Origin: a virus | Strand: one strand, 5' to 3' | Length of the DNA: 64,000 bases | Virus record (IMG/VR): IMGVR_UViG_3300003771_000090 | Span: 3,902-67,901 of that record | Part shown: one piece after another, positions 45,823 to 52,623 of the stretch | How positions within the stretch are numbered: position 1 is the stretch's first letter | How the letters are laid out: each line of letters begins with the position of its first letter | Position numbers and translations under genes: made by a program | The notes under the pieces: model-generated | What the model was told of the DNA's origin: nothing | Databases searched by the model: none | The model's input: only the letters and a program-made list of their open reading frames with translations

Positions 45823-46002
45823 TCCCAGCGTGTGCTAGGATGCCTGCGCCTCGCGAGGTGGCGCGGCCCTGGCCGGACTGGCAGGCTGGTGCTGCTGGAA
45901 CGGGGCGTGGTTGGTGCTCCAACACCAGTCACGTCGCCGCGTCTTTCTTTCTGCTGACGAATCGATTGTCACGCGCGCGTGCGGGGAGCGCACATGGAGC
46001 CT

Positions 46003-46025
46003 GTAGTTGCTCACACGCTTACAAC
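46003..46025 (-). promoter_or_regulatory. Ogr-type late promoter site upstream of com-MTase
   Basis: GTAGT-N13-ACAAC; same as the sites upstream of FI and V. Confidence 0.6.
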
Positions 46026-46265
46026 AACGCGACAGCGCGGGAAGTCTGGCGCTTCCAGGAAGAAATGCTGGAGAGCCGGCTGACGGCAGAGTTCGGCCAG
46101 TCTCGGCCATTGCCTATGGACTCGCGAGCGTCAGTTGTGCAGTCACGAAGCGACGTTGACTAGGGCTACGGTCGCTCATATAACGTATTGACTTGAACGT
46201 GAAGCAGCACGTCCGAATCGGCTGGCTATGGAGCGCGCCATCGAAGAATCTTCTTTAGGCAAGTA

Positions 46266-46754
46266 CTAATTCCACAAACCGCCCAGCCCTGCATCCGCAG
46301 CATGCCCTTCGGCGCTGTCGGAGGCACTACTTTCCTTAATCAACTCCAGGAACGAAACAACCGCCTCGGCCTGCTCTGCGGCAAAGCTCATTCGATACTC
46401 CTTCCAGTCAGAACGAGGCTCATACTTGGGATTATCCGGAAGCAGAGCGTCCAGTGCCAAGTACGAATAGTCACTGTCCTGTAGGACCCCAACTAGGAGC
46501 GAAGGCAAATAGTATTTGAAGAAGCCACTATCTGTAGCGCGACGGATGGCAGAAGGACTTATGCTGCGAATCCAGTGGTCAAGTGATATCTCCGTCCACA
46601 TCCGTCCATAGAACTTCTGAACATCATCGTCCACCTCGTAGTTTGCGATTCCATCATCCCGCCTATGACCCGACGGAATTGGAACGATAGCGAAGGCCGC
46701 TCGAATAGTTGACTGCAATTGTGCAGACCGACGCGCGTATTCGTTAAATTCCAT
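46266..46754 (-). CDS. DUF6714-like putative toxin-immunity protein
   Basis: WTEIS...GFFKYYLPSLL motif. Confidence 0.7.
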   Translation of the reverse strand: MEFNEYARRSAQLQSTIRAAFAIVPIPSGHRRDDGIANYEVDDDVQKFYGRMWTEISLDHWIRSISPSAIRRATDSGFFKYYLPSLLVGVLQDSDYSYLALDALLPDNPKYEPRSDWKEYRMSFAAEQAEAVVSFLELIKESSASDSAEGHAADAGLGGLWN

Positions 46755-46843
46755 TGCAAATATCTACCTGTTGTACAACTTTTACCCAATCCCTTTGATG
46801 TGCCTTGTCACCGCCACGGAAGCAAACGGATTCGGCGAGGTTG

Positions 46844-47482
46844 TCATTGAGCGATCGCGGCTGAGCGCGCATACCTCATCGAACAGACGCTCGTGAGTTG
46901 TAAGGTGGCGTCTACCCTATACGCTGCAATGCCTTGCCACTTCTCGGCATTCTCTATGAGAATCGCAAACGTCGCGTTGTGCCAGTTGCGGTAGAAAACG
47001 TAGGACCCGCGACAGTTGCCAGCCTCCGCCGACAATTTATCGAGATCAGGGCTCCTGATCAGCCGATAGCCGCCATCAGCACGCTGCAAGTAAGAATCTC
47101 TTATGCACCTGGCCGAACCAACGTATCGAGCGACTCTCACAATCGGTACGGGCCTTCCAGCAATCGCTATGCGGGAAATGTGCCCCATCGCGCCGACGTA
47201 AGCCAGTAGCTCACCCTTCAGCGCTACCGTGTCCGGATGAGTGGGTTGGTCTGACAAATATCGCTCTGCAGAGATACTACCGGGGGAGCATGGCCCAAGG
47301 TCTGGGAAACAGAGCGTCGTCTTTCCGACCACCCGCTGGGACTCTGCTCCACCGTTAGCGTCAATTCGAGCCGCTTCCTCGTGGAAATGGGCACAGGTAT
47401 CGCTTGCGCCGACGGCATTGCTGCATTCCAAAAGAATCAGCAGACCGGCGCAGGCCCGAACCGCCCAGCCGAAGATAGCCAC
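46844..47482 (-). CDS. Secreted hypothetical protein
   Basis: Signal-peptide-like N-terminus, multiple Cys. Confidence 0.7.
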   Translation of the reverse strand: MAIFGWAVRACAGLLILLECSNAVGASDTCAHFHEEAARIDANGGAESQRVVGKTTLCFPDLGPCSPGSISAERYLSDQPTHPDTVALKGELLAYVGAMGHISRIAIAGRPVPIVRVARYVGSARCIRDSYLQRADGGYRLIRSPDLDKLSAEAGNCRGSYVFYRNWHNATFAILIENAEKWQGIAAYRVDATLQLTSVCSMRYARSAAIAQ

Positions 47483-47721
47483 AGCGCCTCCCCCAATTCA
47501 CTGAAGCTGACAATCTACCAACGACTCGCTCCTCGCCCAAATACGCCGAAGTGGGGTGTCGGGGTTGCACAACACACGTGAGCGAACCTCTTTCCGAAAG
47601 CGTCGGATGCTACGAGCTATAGCTTCGGGATCGCGCGTCCACGCCCATGCCTGCGTAGCACCGAATGACCGGTTCGGCTAAACAGCAGCCGATTGCAGGC
47701 CAGAGCGGGAATGTCGGAGAC

Positions 47722-47788
47722 GGGTCGCGAACCGCCGATTGAGCTGGACCAAGCCTGTGAATGAGGGCCGACAACCGGGCCCGGCCAG
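47722..47788 (+). repeat. 67-bp direct repeat A, copy 1
   Basis: 56/67 identical, ungapped, to 48497-48563 (hand alignment). Confidence 0.9.
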
Positions 47789-47843
47789 TTGCCGCCGGTC
47801 GCGAATATCGGTTTTTCGGGTAGTCTGAACGACTTTTCCAACG

Positions 47844-48359
47844 GTGTGGAATGCAGATGACCAAAGCACTACGTATCGGACGAGCTTTATGAAGGTTGTC
47901 CACTACGCAAAAAACGCGCCCTGGATCGGCGCAATGAAGTGTCCGTCGTGCGCACGATTAACGCCTGCGTGGCAATCAAGTGGTATGAGCGAGAGCTTTC
48001 CCCACTTCTATTGCGACACCTGCTCAAACGTTCTTCACCGCGAGCAAGACAAAGAGCTCGTGTATCCATCGGAGCCCACGCAGGAGCTGCTTGACCGTAT
48101 TGCGGCCACGTTGCCGAAGTGCCCCTGCGGAGGGCAATTCCGTCCAGGTGCAAATCCAAAGTGTCCGCACTGTCATGTCGAATTCACCCATCACTGGAAT
48201 CCTGTTCAGCGCTTGATAGCCGGCCAAATGGTCTTGCTCGATGGAGCCTGTCTTATTCGAGATCGACTGTATTCGTATCGAATTTCCATCGGATCTAAAC
48301 CCAAGTACTGGTTTCGCACCCTACGAAACGGGCTAGCGCTTCATTTCGGCGGCCGGTGA
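47844..48359 (+). CDS. Multi-Zn-ribbon hypothetical protein
   Basis: CPSC, CDTC, CPCG and CPHC motifs. Confidence 0.8.
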   Translation: MWNADDQSTTYRTSFMKVVHYAKNAPWIGAMKCPSCARLTPAWQSSGMSESFPHFYCDTCSNVLHREQDKELVYPSEPTQELLDRIAATLPKCPCGGQFRPGANPKCPHCHVEFTHHWNPVQRLIAGQMVLLDGACLIRDRLYSYRISIGSKPKYWFRTLRNGLALHFGGR

Positions 48360-48496
48360 ACTCGAAGCTAAAGCGGTAAACGTCCAGGCGTTTGGGTCGG
48401 ACTATTCGTAGTCCGCAGGTGCATGTCCCGTCTTCACTAGCAGTCGAGCTGCCAGTCCTACCAGGATCGATGAAAGCGAGACGGAGTATCTATATT

Positions 48497-48563
48497 GGGT
48501 CGCAAACCGCCCCTTGAGCCGGGCTTAGCCTGTGAATGAGGGTCGACGACCGGGTCCGGTCAG
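48497..48563 (+). repeat. 67-bp direct repeat A, copy 2
   Basis: See copy 1. Confidence 0.9.
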
Positions 48564-48638
48564 GAACCGATGTTGGACGGAGAGGGGAAGATTGGTAGCA
48601 ATCCCACACTCTAGGGATGACGGTACGAGGCGCTTGCT

Positions 48639-49034
48639 ATGGAAGAATGGGAATCTCGCCTGGGTGTCCTTGCTCAGTCAGAATTGCTCAGAGCTGTTGC
48701 TGCGAGCGTAATAGCAGATTACGGCGAAGACATTTCGCCAACAGTGCTGCACGGAGGCCTTGGCCGAACTCTTGCTCGCGACTTCAATTCGCTATCGACG
48801 ACTGAGAAAACCCAAGTTTTCGATGCGATCGAAGATGCCATGAATAGCGACGATGTGAACCGGCTAGCGCTAGTCGCCACGGGACTTCTTGAAGCACTAT
48901 TTACGGCGTCTGTAGCGCGATCCCACTGGGAGCAAGTTATGCCGTTTCTCGGCATGAAATCAAGTAGCTACCTCTCAGCTTGGGCTCGGTGGGGAGAAGA
49001 CGCGGCCTCGAACGGCCGCTTTGCGGGAAATTGA
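48639..49034 (+). CDS. Immunity-like hypothetical protein (DUF7674-like)
   Basis: VFDAIEDAM...VATGLLEAL; stop codon lies inside repeat B. Confidence 0.7.
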   Translation: MEEWESRLGVLAQSELLRAVAASVIADYGEDISPTVLHGGLGRTLARDFNSLSTTEKTQVFDAIEDAMNSDDVNRLALVATGLLEALFTASVARSHWEQVMPFLGMKSSSYLSAWARWGEDAASNGRFAGN

Positions 49035-49112
49035 CTGGCAACTTAGGATCGGTCAGAGAGCGATGGCCATGGCAGCGGGCACTCGGTAGACCGAGGCCGG
49101 CCAGAAGCGGCC
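49010..49112 (+). repeat. 103-bp direct repeat B, copy 1
   Basis: 73/103 identical, ungapped, to 49946-50048; last 30 bp 27/30. Confidence 0.85.
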
Positions 49113-49218
49113 GCTCACATGCAGGCCTGGATTGCGCATAATCCCAGTCTTGCCGCTGCAGTTGCTGCGCGGGGACTGCTTTGCACTCCCGTGACTGCAA
49201 CGCGCTGAACGTGGCGTC

Positions 49219-49677
49219 TTATCTGTATATTCTGATTATTTGAACGTTGCACATCGAATCAAGCATGCTCGCCTGATCCGCTATCTCTTCCCCATCGTAC
49301 TTCGTAATTTGGGGGCGCCACCAAGCGCTATTTGGTCCGAGCTCATACGTAAGCCGATATTTTGCTCCGGCTTCTGCGAGAAACCGCATTTCTGCGACTT
49401 CTGACTTTCGACAAAGAAGAAGAAATTGCGCTGCGAGTTCATGCTCGCCGGGCAGCATTTCAATTATCTCTCGGCGTTTCCCCGCGGAATGTACTAGAGC
49501 TCTCTCGCCAGACCCAGCCACCCTACTATCGAAACGATGCACAGCCACATGCGGATCGACATAAAGCTGAGCCACGCTGCCAGTATCCCTTTCCTGTCCC
49601 TCATATAGTTTTACCCTTGAATAGACGGTACATCCAGAGAGTGCAACCGCTACAAGAATGGCGAAAGTAATCCGCAT
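49219..49677 (-). CDS. Lipoprotein
   Basis: MRITFAILVAVALSG-C lipobox. Confidence 0.8.
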   Translation of the reverse strand: MRITFAILVAVALSGCTVYSRVKLYEGQERDTGSVAQLYVDPHVAVHRFDSRVAGSGERALVHSAGKRREIIEMLPGEHELAAQFLLLCRKSEVAEMRFLAEAGAKYRLTYELGPNSAWWRPQITKYDGEEIADQASMLDSMCNVQIIRIYR

Positions 49678-49945
49678 TTCCGCGTGCATTAAAAATTTTG
49701 CGATGGAAGATTATACGCGATCAACACGTAGCCATGCCTTCGATCAATTCGATGTGGCTTAATGACAATCGTCCTGTGGCAGATAGCTTGTTGGAGAGAT
49801 GCGGCTTCCGGCTTGACGGGACCCGTCCTAACTCGCGGGCACTGGAAAGACGAACATGATTCGGCGCCGATATACAAAATGTGCAAGCGCCGAGAGCTAC
49901 GAGACGTTTCCCTGCGTTGGGCTGGGCCATCTCGCTAGGCCTTGC

Positions 49946-50048
49946 GAATGACCGCTTTGGAGAAATCTGGCGGGCCGTTATGGGTCGGTCTGCGACTGCT
50001 GACCACAACGGCGTGCAGTCGGTCGGCCGAGTCCGGCCAGAAGCGGCC
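49946..50048 (+). repeat. 103-bp direct repeat B, copy 2
   Basis: See copy 1. Confidence 0.85.
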
Positions 50049-50174
50049 ATCCGCCGAGGCAAGAAGCGGCTGTTGTAGGGGCCGATCTGCTCACCCAGCC
50101 GACTAGCTCTCGGCTAGACTGAATTCTTTCGAGTTCGAAGTTATCTCAGTTGCTCATCAAGAAACCATTGGGAG

Positions 50175-50552
50175 GTGGTGATGAATGAGGACATTGATCG
50201 CAAAGAGTGGAGACAGCTCTATGACGCAGTGCGGGTCACCTGCTCAGAATATGGAAAGGAAGATTCGTTCGGAACCAAAGATTTCTGGATTTCTGATGAT
50301 AACTGGGGAGGAGTGACACAGACGCTTGTGGTGACATCCCCCTATTTTGTTTGCCCAAAATTGATCTCAGATCTGGCGGACTGCATCGCCAAGAACAAAT
50401 TATATGGGGCTCAAATAATGGTGATCCTGGCGTTCGCCTCACCGGATATGGGGTTGTTGATTGTTGGCTCCAAAGGGGCGACTGAAGAGTGGAATCTTGA
50501 CGCGCTAAGAGAGCGGTACGGCAAGAAATTCTACACAGATAAGGATCGCTAG
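50175..50552 (+). CDS. Immunity-like hypothetical protein
   Basis: 125 aa acidic, DFWISDDNWG; GGGAGG SD. Confidence 0.7.
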   Translation: MVMNEDIDRKEWRQLYDAVRVTCSEYGKEDSFGTKDFWISDDNWGGVTQTLVVTSPYFVCPKLISDLADCIAKNKLYGAQIMVILAFASPDMGLLIVGSKGATEEWNLDALRERYGKKFYTDKDR

Positions 50553-50731
50553 CCGCGGCTCGCACCATGGTGTCCGTGCGTGGGTGGGCCGACAGCCGCG
50601 TTCGGCCATGAGCGGCCGGTCGACATCTCCGTCAAGATGATCGAAAATTGCTCTCTTCCTATTAACGGACGGGTAGGCAATCTTGAGCGTTAACTCAGAT
50701 CTCATACGAGAGAAGATTCACGCAGCCGCTT

Positions 50732-50971
50732 ATGCGGAGGCATATTCTCTCGGGTCGCATGGCGCTGGAAGTTTGCCCGAACGACCACGAAGTAACCACC
50801 GCGTTGGGCTATTTGACCGCAGAGCTACGTTGGATCTGCATGGATCTGGCGACGCGAAGGATGGACTACGGTCACGAGTATTGCGTGCTAGAAAGTCTGC
50901 TGAGAGAAGCAAGCAAACTCACCGGCCAAGACTTGTATGGGCAAACATTAGTCTCGCCGCCTAGTCAGTAG
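50732..50971 (+). CDS. Short hypothetical ORF or gene remnant
   Basis: 79 aa; no clear SD or recognisable motif. Confidence 0.35.
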   Translation: MRRHILSGRMALEVCPNDHEVTTALGYLTAELRWICMDLATRRMDYGHEYCVLESLLREASKLTGQDLYGQTLVSPPSQ

Positions 50972-51000
50972 TTGTGAGGCGTCCAAAGCGCGGCGCGCGT

Positions 51001-51038
51001 GTCCGCTTCGGAGCAACCTGACAGGCCGCTTGGGGTCG
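51001..51038 (+). repeat. Partial repeat B, copy 3
   Basis: 29/38 identical to 49950-49987; ends 11 bp before the gpD stop. Confidence 0.75.
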
Positions 51039-51049
51039 ATACACGACCT

Positions 51050-52183
51050 TCAGGACTCGTCGGCAACTTCCGTACCACGAGTGGCCGCTTCCATCTCTAA
51101 CGCCGATGTGAATCCATTCCCCGAGTATGCGTGCGTAACCTTTGCGACCACCCACCCCGCCCCATCAATCTCCGTCTTCCACCCCCTCACGCTCGCCGCC
51201 AACTCCGGAAACACCTCCGGCCGCCCTCGAGCCAGGGTGATCCGGAACGACGCGACCCCACGTTGGATCCTCTGCCATTCCGCCCGTGCTGCGCGTTCGG
51301 CGTTGGACTTGGTGGCATAGGTATGCCGCAGGACTTTCACATTATCGGGATCGGAATTCACCAGGACGTCAGCCGCCGACGGCTTCTCGGTCGATGCTGA
51401 ACCGGTTGAGGTCTTGGACTCGGTCGACCCACCCACCACCACTTCACCTTTCTCTGCCCGCCGTGCGTCCTGGTAGTACGCCTTCACGCCGTTGTAGTTG
51501 TCCCGATCCGCGACCGTAAAGCTGTGGGTGTCCCCGCTGGCCCGTGTGATCGTAACGGTGGGCAGCGGCACGCCTGACGCGCTCTGCGCCGCGCCGGTGC
51601 TGATGAACAGCAGCTTGCCTTGCTTGACCGTGGCGATGGCGTCGTGGTCCTTAGCCAGGCGCGTGAGGAAGTTGGCATCCGATTCGCCGGTCTGATCTAT
51701 ATGGTCGATGACCAGGTGGTCGAGGGCGGCGGCGATTGCGGCTGTCAGGCCATGCCGCGCGGCGATGGCCCGGACGATGACGCCGATGGTTTGGCCGCGG
51801 TACGACTGTTCCTTGCGCGTGGTAAGGCCGCTGGCGAGGTCGGCGCTGCGGGCGCGGATGGTTAGGCGGTCTGGTGGGCCGGTGTGTTCCAGCTCGTCGA
51901 CCTTGTACGTGCCCTTGTCGACCACGCCCGTGTCCTGCCAGCCCAGGGCCAGTGACAGCGTGGCGCCTTTGTCGGGCAGGTCGAGCATACCGTCTGCATC
52001 GTCCAGTTCGATGTCCAGCTGGTCGGCCTCGAAGCCACGGTTGTCGGTCAGCGTCAGGGAGATCAGCCGGCCCTGGAAGCGGCTGGTGATGTCGTGCTTC
52101 CCCTGCATCAGTCGGTACACGGGCACAGCGGCGGTGCCGGAGATGCTGTCGGGCAGGGTGGTGGTCGGCGGGATGGCTGTCAT
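51050..52183 (-). CDS. gpD: P2 gpD-like late control/baseplate hub protein
   Basis: LTDNRGFEADQLDIELDD, HIDQTGESD, GRPEVFPE. Confidence 0.95.
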   Translation of the reverse strand: MTAIPPTTTLPDSISGTAAVPVYRLMQGKHDITSRFQGRLISLTLTDNRGFEADQLDIELDDADGMLDLPDKGATLSLALGWQDTGVVDKGTYKVDELEHTGPPDRLTIRARSADLASGLTTRKEQSYRGQTIGVIVRAIAARHGLTAAIAAALDHLVIDHIDQTGESDANFLTRLAKDHDAIATVKQGKLLFISTGAAQSASGVPLPTVTITRASGDTHSFTVADRDNYNGVKAYYQDARRAEKGEVVVGGSTESKTSTGSASTEKPSAADVLVNSDPDNVKVLRHTYATKSNAERAARAEWQRIQRGVASFRITLARGRPEVFPELAASVRGWKTEIDGAGWVVAKVTHAYSGNGFTSALEMEAATRGTEVADES

Positions 52184-52620
52184 AGGCCTGGTGTTGTGCG
52201 TGGCAGCATACCGAGGAGACCGCCACCGATGACATCCTCGGCCTGGCCGTCCACTCGCGTCAGCCGAACGGAAAACTCGATGCGCCGCGCCTTGCCGTCG
52301 CGGAAGAAGAGGGTGCGGGTGATCGACAGCGAGTCAATTTCGAACATGCCGTAGTAGCGGCCCGAGCCCTCGATCAGCACGTATGGCTGGCCGGTGTCGC
52401 CCATCTGTCGCAGGAGGTCGATGGTGTTGTCACCGCCGCTCAGCTCGGGCAGCAGCACGCCGGACAGCGACACTGTCTCGTCGTCCAGGCCGGTGTACTG
52501 CCGCGATGGCCGGCGACCCACCCGATTGTTCGACGGGTGGCGCCAGCCGATCTGCTGCTGGAATTCCTGGTAGGGCGCCGTCTCCAGGGCGAAGACGAAC
52601 AACCCGAGGGCCATCATCAT
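52180..52620 (-). CDS. gpU: P2 gpU-like tail protein
   Basis: MMMALGLFVFALETAPYQ...QYTGLDDETVSLSG. Confidence 0.95.
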   Translation of the reverse strand: MMMALGLFVFALETAPYQEFQQQIGWRHPSNNRVGRRPSRQYTGLDDETVSLSGVLLPELSGGDNTIDLLRQMGDTGQPYVLIEGSGRYYGMFEIDSLSITRTLFFRDGKARRIEFSVRLTRVDGQAEDVIGGGLLGMLPRTTPGL

Positions 52621-52623
52621 GGG

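Larger units (their letters stand above)
46060..51045. other. Repeat-interspersed accessory gene cassette array
   Basis: Unrelated short genes in both orientations separated by co-oriented degenerate repeats; see findings. Confidence 0.75.

Noticed and set aside
46060-51045. CRISPR array
   Set aside because: Repeats are degenerate, of two or more types, and separated by gene-sized irregular spacers; no cas genes in the window.
46060-51045. Classical integron or CALIN with attC sites
   Set aside because: I found no consistent RYYYAAC...GTTRRRY cores at gene ends, and the only tyrosine recombinase is a phage-type integrase; an IntegronFinder run would settle it.
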